Assembly (NCBI GenBank): GCA_010093705.1
Contig: MU006099.1
Location: 62,001 to 126,000 of the forward strand
DNA length: 64,000 nucleotides
Origin: Patellaria atrata CBS 101060
Lineage: Eukaryota
Direction: 5' to 3'
Part shown: piece after piece, positions 39,324 to 51,781 of the stretch
Numbering within the stretch: position 1 is the first letter of the stretch
Layout of the letters: each line of letters begins with the position of its first letter
Notes under the pieces: generated by a model
What the model was told of the DNA's origin: nothing
The model's input: only the letters and a program-made list of their open reading frames with translations
Databases searched by the model: none
Made by a program: the position numbers and the translations under genes

Positions 39324-40502
39324 ATGGTTGAACGCTCTCATAAGCCGGGTCCCATCAGTGCCACTACCGCCTCTTCGCTTCCTCAGGCTCAAGTGAATGT
39401 CTCTGATGACAACTCTAAAGTTACCGCCACCATCCCATCCGGAGACACCGTTGAAGTCCTCCTTTATGGTGCTACTATAATCAGCTGGAAGAGCAATGGG
39501 ACTGAAAATTTCTGGGTGAGCGATGCCGCAAAGCTAGATGGCAGCAAGCCAGTCCGCGGAGGTGTCCCGGTCGTATTTCCGGTACGTATGGCTTTCATTC
39601 ATGACTATTCACTTTATCTGTCTCAATACAATGATACTTGTATACTCTACTTCCCACGTAGTGGGATTACTCAATACTTGAATATATAGATGCTAACATA
39701 CCCCTTTCGCCCAACAGGTCTTTGGTCCTCCGCCTAAGAACCACGCTACCAGCTCCTTACCCCAGCACGGCTTCGCCCGTAACTCTCGCTGGGAGTATTT
39801 GGGCAAATCAACCTCGGAGTCAGCATCTGATGACTCTGTCAAGATGGATTTCGGCCTCTACAGCGCAGGTCTCTCCGAGGAAGCTAAGAAGGCGTGGCCC
39901 TACGACTTCGGGCTGGTCTACTCAGTCACCCTGACCAAGGGTGAGCTCTCCACCATCCTCACCGTGCGCAATGAGGGTAAAGAAGGCTTCGATTTCAATG
40001 TTCTCTTGCACACTTATCTCAGAATCAAGGTGAACCCCCCTTTGAGTCATCATTACCCCCTCCCCCAAAAAAATATATATATATAAAAAATTTCCCATTC
40101 ATCGATCTAATCTCCTTACCCCAGGATATCTCCACAACGACCATATCAGGCCTCCTCGGAACTTCCTACGTCGACAAAGTCCTCGACGCCCGCGAATCCA
40201 CCGAATCGAATTCAGATCTCCGCATCACGGGCGAGACGGACCGGGTGTACAAGTCCCTCGCCCAAGACACCACCACCGTCGTCGAAAACGGAAGCCCGCG
40301 CTTCGATGTCGTCCGCAAGAATTTCAGGGACACCGTCATCTGGAATCCGTGGACGGAGAAGGCGAAGGGGATGGGCGATTTCGAGCCTAAGACTGGCTGG
40401 AGGGAGATGCTTTGTGTCGAGGTTGGGAGCGTGGCAGAGTGGGTTAGGGTGGAGGAGGGGGAGAGTTGGGAGGCGGGGCAGACTATTAAGAGTCTTGTGT
40501 GA
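39324..40502 (+). CDS. Glucose-6-phosphate 1-epimerase (aldose epimerase family)
   Basis: Motifs KPVRGGVPVVFPVFG, QHGFAR, LLHTYL, ETDRVY, IWNPW and MLCVE. Exons 39324-39581, 39718-40029 and 40125-40502. Confidence 0.93.
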
Positions 40503-41299
40503 GATGGCCTTGGTGGCGATGCTCTGAAATCTCTTGAGTTTGGGTGTATGGGATTTCATGATGCCCCTTTTACGGGAGTTGGGATGAGTCACGTGCGACT
40601 TAGATACCGCACTGGTAGTAGCTGGTGGGGTGGAAATGGAAAGTGGCACCGGCATCTTCGTGATAAAAATATCTCAAACCAGTTTGATTATAGTGCTGTG
40701 GTGTACTATACTATATCCCGGACTCATGATTTTGTTTGGCGGAGTTCGATAGTACTTTCGATACCATCCGCTAACCATATTTTTTTTTTTGACATTATCG
40801 GATCACGCCTATGTAAATCCCCACAATGAGCAGTTCTTTAACTGATCTCCCTGTTCCAGAAGCAAGGATGGGCGAGGGAAAAACTAAATGTGCGATATGG
40901 TTAGGTCTATGAAATGGTTGATGGGTGTTACGTGAGGGGATAGGGGGTTGTACAACGTAGTTGAGTAGTGTAGTAGATGATGACTTTTATCGGATTCGTG
41001 GAGCATGAGGATGGTATGCCCGTCGGAGGATTAATTGTTTGGAGTGGATGGGTGTATGGGTGTATGGGGTGGATAAGGGGGAGTTGGGAAAGGTACCGAG
41101 CTGGTACTGTAATGTTATTTTATGTTATGTCATGTTATGCTGGGATATCCGCTCTATAATGGAAACGTCTCGGGGTAAGAATGGGGGTTAGGATGGGTTG
41201 GACGGTATAGGGGGAGGAGGTGTCGTACATGGCGGGATTTTTGGGACGTTTAAGTAGGTTGTGTAGGTTAGGTTATAGGGAAGGGGAACGGGAGGATAT

Positions 41300-43290
41300 G
41301 GAAGGATGGGTTTTGGAACTGGGGGGCCGGAACCTCGAAAAACAAAGAAACCCAAAAAAAAAAAAAAAATAGACAGTAATAAAAATGATGATGATGATTA
41401 TGATGATAAGTATGGTGGGTTCTATACCATGCCTTATACACCTGAAAACGGGACACTCTGGTGGAAAACACCATGACAACACAACAGCGGCTGAGTTATA
41501 TTCAAATTCCCGTTCAGAGCAACCACTGCGAGGTGTCATGCCCAACAATAGCGACTCAGGAATAGGAATCTATGGTCAAAGTCGCCATTACTAGAAGGCG
41601 GAAAAGAGTATGGTTACGGTTTTGTTCTGGCGCGAGGGAGGTATGGGTAAAGGGGTACTCTCTTGACTTTGGGACGTTACGGGATGAGGTTTAGTTTAAC
41701 GTACGGTTGGAGATCGCGTTTGGGATGGGATATATATGTATATGGCATGTGATGGTGGTGTAAGTGTGCTAAATCTGGCAGTATAGTGCTGTATACGGTT
41801 CAAAATGGACGGTCATCGGTGTTTAAGGGATGGGACTAGTGGTTATGTGAGATTCGTGAATTTACGCTCCTAAAGGTGGCTGGGGTAGGATGCTTATGCA
41901 TGAGAGGTTATGTCTTGATTACATTACAATTGATTGAGAGGTTGGGGATATCTGAGCTATTGTAAAGCATACACTGGGGACGCAAAGTAATTTTGTTGGC
42001 CGTGGAGCATAGTATAGAAACCGTCGAGACAGGTGTGGGATAAAAGCTAATGGCATCTTTTGGGAAGAGGGTATTGGTACTGTGAGAGTCTGACCTGTTG
42101 AATGTAGCTCAGTTGGAAATCCGGGCGTATTAATTAAGAAGTATATATTGAACGAGTGGTCAGTTCAAGGTCCAGATGGTGGTTCGGATGTAAGAAGTAT
42201 ATTCACGGGTATAGAATGTGTTGGCTAGATGGTGATAAGTATGCGGTATAAAGAGTTAGTGTTATACATAATTGGGGGTTGTATGTTAGAATATTAGTAG
42301 TCGAACAATTCACATGAATTCGTTTGTCCTCAGTCATATTTTGACTTCTAGAGCAAGATGATATACCCTTTACTGGAACAGTTCAGTTCTCGTCTCGTAT
42401 ACTAGACGTGTTTCCTCAGATCTGTACAGGCGAATCGTACTCATAGAAGCCCCGATTCAGGCTGTAGATGTTGTGAGCTATTTAGGACTCCAACCACGTG
42501 CTTGCCCCGTTCGTTAGTCGGAAACCTCGGGGACCAAACCCAGCGGTAAGGCTGAGATATAGAGATATGCATGAAGCTTGGGGAGTTGTATAGGATGCGG
42601 AACGGGTTGGGCCGGATCTTGGGTTTGGGGGCCATGGGAGCGGGCAAAGGAGGAATGGTCAATAATCTGTAGGGGGTGTTAGCGTAACAAATTATGGCTA
42701 AGTTGTAAAGAGGGGTTGAAGAATGAAGAGGGTGTGCGGATTGGCCATCCAACCAGAGTTTGTATGGTTTATAGGGAATCTTTGAGATATATCAGTTGTG
42801 TGAGCCGTGTGTGTGGTCCGGGGTTTGGACCCCCAATCGGCGGGTATGAGTGATATCCCTCGGGTATGGTATCGAGTGTCCACGCGTGGGGGCTGAGTCA
42901 AGTAGCCCTGCGTCCTTTGAAAGATGACCCAGCACTGAAGAGTAGGATGTCACCTTATCCCACTTTCAATCTATTTGTTCCTTGACTATTTCACCGAATG
43001 GCCGAGGAAGAGAGTGACTCGGTGAGATTTTGAGGAAGTTGTTAAAGACGGAGAGTGCAATTGCCAAGAGCGATAGGGCTCGTAGTCCAGCAACGAAAGT
43101 TAGTGCTGATATTCTGAGCGAAGTGGAGGAGGTCTGACCAGGACCGACGATAACGAGAGCAATTTCTTCAGGACTACTTAGGGTCAGACGATGGCGTAGG
43201 TGTGGAATACTGAAGATAAGAGAATAATGGTTTGCGTCACATCAAGGGTACCGCAAATACTGTTTATGAATGAACAGAACGTTACCTAGC
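41300..43290 (-). ncRNA. TER: Putative telomerase RNA (~2 kb; ends estimated)
   Basis: The region lacks a credible ORF. In minus-strand 5'->3' order it contains TATAAAAT (~43321-43328), a CCCUAA-containing template candidate (43168-43187), long-range crossing helices (42906-42963 with 41978-42061), and a three-way junction with a P6.1-like GGUG-UUUUC-CACC hairpin (41451-41543). The order and ~1.6-kb template-to-CR4/5 spacing resemble Neurospora/Aspergillus TERs. Confidence 0.7.
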
Positions 43291-44389
43291 AAGAAAGGCC
43301 CAGATTCTTTTCAACAAAGTATTTTATACGAAGCGAGAACGGAGGGCGTACAGCAGCGAAATCCGAAAATAGTTCAGGGACTTCATTCGAGAAACTGACC
43401 ATAACACAGTCGAATCTCCTTTTACCTGAAACGACAAGAGATCGAATGAAGAAGGAAAAGGCCTGTCTGACGAGTAGACTAGAGGTTGATATAGACTAAA
43501 GCCAACAGTTATACAAGCCCAGCCCACGCAACCGTCCAAGTAGTGTCAGGGTCTCAGGAACCAAGGATCTTTTACTAAGTATTCAGTACGGGAATACAAA
43601 GTAATCTTGTAACCTATGTGACAGGTTACAGGTATTCAAGATAAGACGGAACGATGATTGCACATGTATTACATATATCTAAGGTACCAAAAGGTCATGA
43701 CTGGCAGAAATCGTTAGGGACAATGATGCGATGTGAATTGTGGGGTTCTTCTAGTCGTCTGATAGATATAAGAGCGACATTATAGACACTGAAGAAGGAA
43801 CAATAAGCACAGAGCCCTCCTTGAAATAGACCTTGGTGGGATGATTTGACGTATCCTTGTAAACAGGAACTAAGCAATCAGGCCGCCATAGTGATGCAGC
43901 ATGTATACAAGGTCTATTCAGACGGCGTTTGTAATACTCGGTCTCGACAAGTGGAGACGAGCGGTGAAAGTTCATCTCTTGTATTCTTTTGATTGATGGG
44001 AATGGGTTAAAGTGGATCGTAGAGTTGATATTAGTGAGGCTGACTCCAACGCCGAAGTGTGTTGATCGGAGATAAAAAAAAAATGTAAGAAGAAAGGATT
44101 CTCAACATAGTGTCAACGGTTAGTGCGGGTTAGAACTAGTTCTCTGTTCGGTTAAAGCTCGTAATAATAATTGCCTCGACCTCATGGAAGATATCGATGT
44201 ACATCTGAGACTGAGCCGTCTGGGGATGGGATAACGCGTCAAAACGGACGGTCAAAAGGAAAAATGAAGGGGTCTAAAGGTAGTTATGTATGGCAGTGGA
44301 GTATTGATTCTCTCTGATTAATATATTTCCTATCATTATATCTCTATAAAGAACAAATATCTATCAAAGAAAAATGTGAGCTATATTCA

Positions 44390-45544
44390 TCAAGCTTGAC
44401 CCCTGACATATTGCAATTCCTCCGCCACTGTCTCAATGGCACGCTCGATTACCATCGGCCTCTTTTCTACCTGAACTCCCGGTTTAAGATCCTTTGCGAA
44501 ACCTTCAAAGAATTTTCCTAAGATTGATTCTATGTCGTCAAGGAGGAGCCTTCGATTCTCGCGCACTTTCTTGACTCGCTCGTTGCTCAAGTCGTGTGCG
44601 TACTTTTTGGCCAGGTTGTCTGACACAATATGCAGGAAACCATACATGGTACCTCCTTCAACGGATGCGTCGGCCATATGACCAATCTCTGGATCCACCC
44701 AGTCGAACTTCTCTCCGTTCTTGTCTCTCCATGCGTTAGTTTCGTCGAGAACTGAAGGTAAAGAATAGTGAACTCCTAGTCTCACTCTCTCGTAGCCTTT
44801 AACATACTTCTCCAGGGGATTCTCCCACGTGACAATCTTATTTCGCAAAAACGACTGATTTCCTGTGGCAATAGATAGATTGGGTAGGATGTCTGGCTTC
44901 AAGGCGCCTAGTTTTCCAACGTAGAACACGCATTTGACGCCGTTGAGAGCTTGCAAAGCTCGCACCACGTTTCCACCAGAATCTCCCCAGAAGCAGATAC
45001 GGCAGCCTAGAAATGCAACAGTGAGTCCATTGGACATTTTTTTCTTCTGCCACGCAAAAAGTTCGTCATGCTTGTCGCCATATTCCCAGACTCCAGATCC
45101 GGTAAAGCCCGTTAGCCCGTCAACGTAGCCGATAATAACCACATCAGCGGGACCCATCTTGGCAAGATTTGAGGTCAATAGCGGCTCCATGCATTCTTTT
45201 GGAGTTGGCATTATGACTTGGACGACACTTGGATCTCTGCCTTGCAGGGAGAGGTGGGTCGCTATTATGTTGGCGTAGTGCTCAACATAATCAACACCGG
45301 GCCAGACATTGAGTTGAAGTACACCAGGAGAGAGCACGGTAGCGGTTGGACGCTGCCAGTTGAAGGGTTTGTCAACCTTTTCAATCGAGGCGATTTCAGC
45401 TAGACCTGTGCGAGTGTGTAACCCCTTGATTATGATTTTTGACCATATATGATTTTGAATCTGGGGGTGAATTTTCATCAGCAAGTAGCCGTGGAGGGAC
45501 TCGCCCATGGTATGTGTTGATACTGTAGCTACTGTAGGCTGCAT
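44390..45544 (-). CDS. Intronless hypothetical protein, nucleoside-phosphorylase-like fold (inferred)
   Basis: Uninterrupted ORF. CVFYVGKLG, WVDPEIGHMADAS and YGFLHIVSDNL parallel the PNP/UDP-family motifs (hhhhGxxG, VDMExxxxA, hhxxVSD). The start could be 45571, 45544 or 45508. Confidence 0.75.
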   Translation of the reverse strand: MQPTVATVSTHTMGESLHGYLLMKIHPQIQNHIWSKIIIKGLHTRTGLAEIASIEKVDKPFNWQRPTATVLSPGVLQLNVWPGVDYVEHYANIIATHLSLQGRDPSVVQVIMPTPKECMEPLLTSNLAKMGPADVVIIGYVDGLTGFTGSGVWEYGDKHDELFAWQKKKMSNGLTVAFLGCRICFWGDSGGNVVRALQALNGVKCVFYVGKLGALKPDILPNLSIATGNQSFLRNKIVTWENPLEKYVKGYERVRLGVHYSLPSVLDETNAWRDKNGEKFDWVDPEIGHMADASVEGGTMYGFLHIVSDNLAKKYAHDLSNERVKKVRENRRLLLDDIESILGKFFEGFAKDLKPGVQVEKRPMVIERAIETVAEELQYVRGQA

Positions 45545-47533
45545 TTCTGTGGGGTCTTCAACGTAGGGATCTCGAAATATAGACTTTTGAGGATAGATAA
45601 AAAAGAGTTTTGAGGAGAGTGTGTTCCCCATTGTTGCGAGCGGTAGATATATAGTCAAGAAGAGACGATTAAGAAAGTGGAAGGAAACCTGAGAGGGTGT
45701 GTTAAAGCAGATAAGACGCCTCTATGAGGTGAGCGGGAACGTGGGTGTCAAATTCAAGGAAAACAATGATCTAGAAAAAGAAGGAGATCTAGTGCTGATG
45801 AAATAGAATATCATTATCGTCGATTGGGGTGAAAACTGGGGCACAAGGATGCTGTGAAGGCAAGACGGGTAGGGCAGTTACCTGAGGCCTGTAACGTTGA
45901 TACTAACTTACCTAGATACATAGCGGCAAATGGAAGTTACATGGTTACTAGGTAAGACAAGCATTAGCGTGTGAAAGGGCATTATCTCTGTTCTCCAGGA
46001 ACAGATTTTGAGACTAGCAGACGTTGGCGATTGTCGTCTAGCTGGTCGCTGATCGCGGGAAGCCAGTGCCACCAGCTTATACAGACGTTTTCTATGTATA
46101 ACGATGCACATATTATGTCAGAGACATATTGGTGCAATTAACAGGCCGTAGTTGCTACCGTGTGGGGAACTCCGGGATACGGCGGTGTGTAACTAGAACC
46201 GACAACCGTGTTGAAGGTTGAGAGAACGTTTGATATTTACCCATCCCGTCGTCTGGCTGCTCGGCTGTCGTCCGATGCGTCCAAAGGTGTGACGGATCCT
46301 GTTGCTCTATCGGCTTGATTATGGTTACACAAAGTCCAGATTAAGTTGGTTTCTTCAAAAGCTCTCAACCTAAATAAGACGGGCTGGAACTGGCAGACTG
46401 GTACTCACGCCAAGCTGGCGGAAAGCGGAGTGTGTGGATGTGTTGCTGGATGTACGCAGGGACAGGGAGTACGCATTCGTCTGTAGGTGCATGTCTCCAG
46501 GAGTTTCTAGTTATCGGTTTTAGGTCCGAAGCCTAATGTACGAAGTGTTAGAGAAGAAGACAATCCAAGTGAGGTAGGTGAGTATTTTCTCGTATATGTA
46601 GATTTTGTAGCAGCCTGAGTACTTTACCCTGTCACATCCCTCTCTTCTGAAGAATATTTGAAATTTAAGTCGAAGGATCGCACTTGGGAGATGTGTCCGA
46701 AAAGCCATCCATCGTACGAACTGGATCGTGCGAGCTGGAGACTGAAATTTTCATCCAGGTTTGCAATTCCTAAAGGACGTTTGTTTGCTACCGGCAATTT
46801 TTGCTTTGACAAACGGGTGTGACATCGCAATTGAGGGCGTCTTTTTCTCTCTTTCTTCTGGTGTTGAGGGATTTCTATGAGGCCGGGAGAGTCGAGAAGT
46901 TTGAGTTTAGCGTTGCTTTTCTGATCTACCTTCAGCTTGAACAACATCACCAATTTCCTAGGAGAAAGTTCTTGTACGCGGACATCTTCATTATTCTTTC
47001 TTCTGACTATTCAGCATGACTTGTCAGAGATTTAGGATCGGGGACTTTCATCTCTGCCCTCTTATGTATATGGCTGTGTTCATCTCTTTTCTTTTCGCGA
47101 AGTCGTGTGGGACACTGGGCGTGAAGCAGCCGCCCTAAAACTCAGGATTCCTCTCGCCTCCATTGTTCATACCATCCCAGAAACCGAAACATGATTTCCC
47201 GAGTCTTTGTAATTCTCCATCCTATATTATGAATCGCAGCATAATCCCATACCCCGCAATATCATCGACGGAGAGATCTGGTGTTTGACGGACTAAGGTG
47301 CTGATTCAGTATGACAGGACATGGCTTGGGGTGCTTGGGGAGTCCCTTGGGTGTTGATAATGCTGCGAGTTGCGGGTTCTCGACCACCAAAAGTTCACCA
47401 ACCCCCACTATCCGCTCAACATCTCCCACCAGTCAATTCACTCAATTGACTCGATTGCCTACCGCGAGTACCCCTCCATGACATTCTGACGCCTCTAAAA
47501 CTTACCGTCATAGTCTCCACTAAGGTAGGTTGA

Positions 47534-48562
<1,029 letters not shown>

Positions 48563-49542
48563 ATGGCGGTATTTCTACGAAAAAGATACACACAACACCA
48601 GAACAACATGATACCTGCCTAAGGTCGGATTAGAGCTTCTACAGTTCTCCTTTTGTCTAAATATCTTTGCATGGGAAACGGAAAACACGTACCTTATCAT
48701 GACCTACTTACAGACGAATAAATGAATCAAGATAGTTGCTCAATGGCTATTACAAGATATCCTCAAACGCGTTATACCGTGCTAAATCTAGAGCTTAGAT
48801 CGTATCTTTTTGTACTTTTACCCCGCCATGAGATGAGAATTAGGGCGTCATAATGAACCCCCCGCACTAACTCACATCTTTCTAGCTTCCTTCGGATGCA
48901 GTAAGCACTTTGTCGACATTAAGCTACACTTCACTCCGAAAAGCCTGGGGACAATACAACAGATGAGACTATCTATTCACATTGTTGTTTCCAGTGCTGC
49001 TTCCAGAACACTTACTCAATAAGTGTTCAGGCCAATTCACGGGGCGGCGAGTTCAGCGTTGGCCCTGAATCCCCCGGAATCTGTATCCCAGTTACCCCAG
49101 ATTCCGCCAAGTCTTCCAGCCCTTCCATATATCAATATTCTTCTATCACCCTCTGATACTTCTGTGAAAAGTATCGCCGTTCATGTCGTTGCTCGCATCA
49201 AGCTTACGGCTTTACTTCTTACTCGTGTGGGATCGTAAACATGAGTGCAACTGAAAAGGGGCACATCGTGCTCACGCTAATCCATAGGTCAGTCACGTCG
49301 GATATCATCAACCGCGAAGATGTAAACCACGAAGCATACCCCGCCGCTATGTAGTCGGCGGGAATATACTGTTTCTTTTTATATGAGGGAAGACAGCTTG
49401 TTCCTTCCACAGCCATTTTCACCGTCATTCTTGTAGTTGACTATTTCCTAATAAGGTAGTCGCCAACAATATCCCCTTAAACGCGTGACCACACTCCCGG
49501 AAACAACGTTTAAAAATCTTTGGAAGAACCTCTAGATCAGCA

Positions 49543-50672
49543 ATGAAGGTTGGAGATTTCCCCATCAAGGGGAAGATCGTAGTAGTTACCGGAGGAGGAT
49601 CAGGTGTGAAACTTTCAATTTCTCAATGTCGTGTATGATCTAAGCTTGACTCTCCGTAGGTATCAATTTCTCTTTCGTCAAAAAGGCGGTGGCCGAAGGG
49701 TGTAAGGTTATTATTGGAGACTTAACCTTGACCCCTGAAGCATCGAAATGGTTCGACAAGGAGTCAAAATCTTCGCCAGTTTTCTTTGAGAAATGTGATG
49801 TGACAAAATGGGATCAGCTGAAAAATCTCGTGACTGTATCGTTAAAGCACTTCAGCGATGTGCCGGATGTCTACGTTGCAGGTGCTGGGGTGTTTGAGCC
49901 AGTAAGTCAATCTACTCCCTAAGATCGAAGATCCACTGCGGTGCTTGGTTGAAGCCGTCGGACGCGACAAGTCGTAAAATTGGTCTTATTCTATCACTAA
50001 CAACACCACAGAAATGGTCCAACTTCTGGGATGATACTGAAATGGAACGTTACGCCGAGATGGACATCAACGCGTCCCATCCGATCAAATTGACCCGCAT
50101 AGCTATGCAGTCTCTAGCCGAGAAAAACAAGAAAGGCGTCGTACTCTCTTTAGCCAGCATAGCCGGGCTCCAGGGTACGTACTCCGCAGCACTCTATTGC
50201 GCTAGCAAGCACGCTGTCGTTGGGTTCACGAAGAGCATGACGCTCGCGGATGAGTTGGAGGGAGTTAAGGTTGCCACGATATGCCCAGGGTAAGCATCCC
50301 AATTCTTATCTCTACTTCGCACCACTCCTTTGGGTAACGAACCCTAACTGCGACAGACTCGTTTATACGCCTCTCTGGACCGACCGCCACGATGCAAAAC
50401 AAGCGCTCGATCGCTTCGGGGTCGTCATGGAGAACGCCCAAACCCCAGACCAGGTTGCAGATCTCATGTTGGAGGTCATCCAGGAGGGAAAGTACACCGG
50501 AGGAGCCGTTGTCGAATGCACGGTAGGCGGTTCAAGAATCATCCCTGAGTGGAATATCTCCCCGCCCCCAGGGGTCGGGAGTTCGGTCCCGAGAGAGGTA
50601 CTTGAGAAGAACGTCAAGCCGATGAGGGATATTATGAGTGCGTATAGACAGAAAGCTCCTGCGAATTTGTAA
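49543..50672 (+). CDS. Short-chain dehydrogenase/reductase (15-hydroxyprostaglandin dehydrogenase-like)
   Basis: Motifs VVTGGGSGI, CDVTKW, AGAGVFEP, YCASK and ICPG. Exons 49543-49603, 49660-49901, 50012-50289 and 50357-50672. Confidence 0.9.
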
Positions 50673-51283
50673 GCATGTTACCAAAGGGTGGAAGGGTGAT
50701 TGGGATTTTTTGTTGGAACTGTGATGTCATAAGACTCATACGAGAAGATATGGTTTAGAAAATCTCTGGAAGCGACTTCATTTCAAAAGCTCCCGACTTT
50801 TTCACCAGTATCAGGTTGCTCTGATCATCTGCAGTTCCATTATAGCTGAAACTGAATCATTGAGTTGAAATAGCTTATCTTCCTATAGTTATTTTACTAA
50901 ATAACTACTTGTGTATCTTGTACCATATCAAAAAGAAAATAAGTCGGACACGAGAGTTAAACTAGGCAAGGTGAAGAAAATATTGAAAAATAAAGTGTAG
51001 AACTTAAGGAATAGCCTGCCAGCTTCGACAGATACGCTATTCCCGCTCACTTCCATTTTAACTGTAGGTCTTTAAGTATACATGCCTTTACCTTTGTAAA
51101 TTTAATTTTCCATTCTCTATATCTTAGAGGTCGCTCGTCCTTCAGGAAGAAGGGGGATAAGGTAAGGGTGTAATTAAGTTAAGCTCAATCAAATACTATA
51201 GAATAATTAGGAGAAAGAAAAAGATTTAAAATTCGTTTAATTGTCTATCTTAATAAAGGGAGTACTGGAGGATGACGTAAGGG

Positions 51284-51781
51284 ATAGTTTCTAATGCTCC
51301 GAGATCAACATTCAGTTTGGAATACCTAACTGCACTTTCAAATATTTTTACAGTTTCGAATGCCTACTTGACGCTGTTTTGTAAGATTCAGCGGAATCGG
51401 TGCTTCGGTATCATAAACACTGCGAAGATGCTGATGTAGATGAATTTTGACGATTTAGTGTCACCTTTTTTAACTGTCGTATAGCTGTTAGTTTTCTTGA
51501 ACGTCTTGAACAGATGGCTCGTCTTGAATAGATAGCTCGTTGGTCCTTTGAATAAACAGCTCTCTTTGGTGTTATGATAGCGAAAACTCAGCGCTTCAAA
51601 AAAACCGAAACTGAACCCAGGTTTACCTTTTCTGCGGTGCTCTATAATACCGAAGCACCGATTCAGTGGCTGAATCTTACAAACCGTGCCAAGTTAGTAT
51701 TTAAAACTGCTTTTTGTAATTAAAACTGCAGTTCGGTATTCGAAACTAAATTTTTGATCATCTTGGAGCATTGGAGACTAT
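51284..51781. mobile_element. MITE-like non-autonomous element with ~130-145 bp imperfect terminal inverted repeats
   Basis: The left arm (51284-51415) is the reverse complement of the right arm (51643-51781). Exact blocks are GAATCGGTGCTTCGGTAT (51394-51411 / 51647-51664) and TTTGTAAGATTCAGC (51378-51392 / 51669-51683). The element is AT-rich and has no ORF. Confidence 0.7.

Noticed and set aside
41417..41431. Second P6.1-like hairpin GGU-AUAGA-ACC (minus strand)
   Set aside because: It has only 3 bp and is not part of a three-way junction. The 41460-41472 hairpin fits better.
41385..41594. Short ORFs in the gap (41385-41594, 41273-41548, 42441-42752)
   Set aside because: They begin in an (ATG)n microsatellite or at non-ATG codons and have no protein motifs. 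RNA structure explains the region better.
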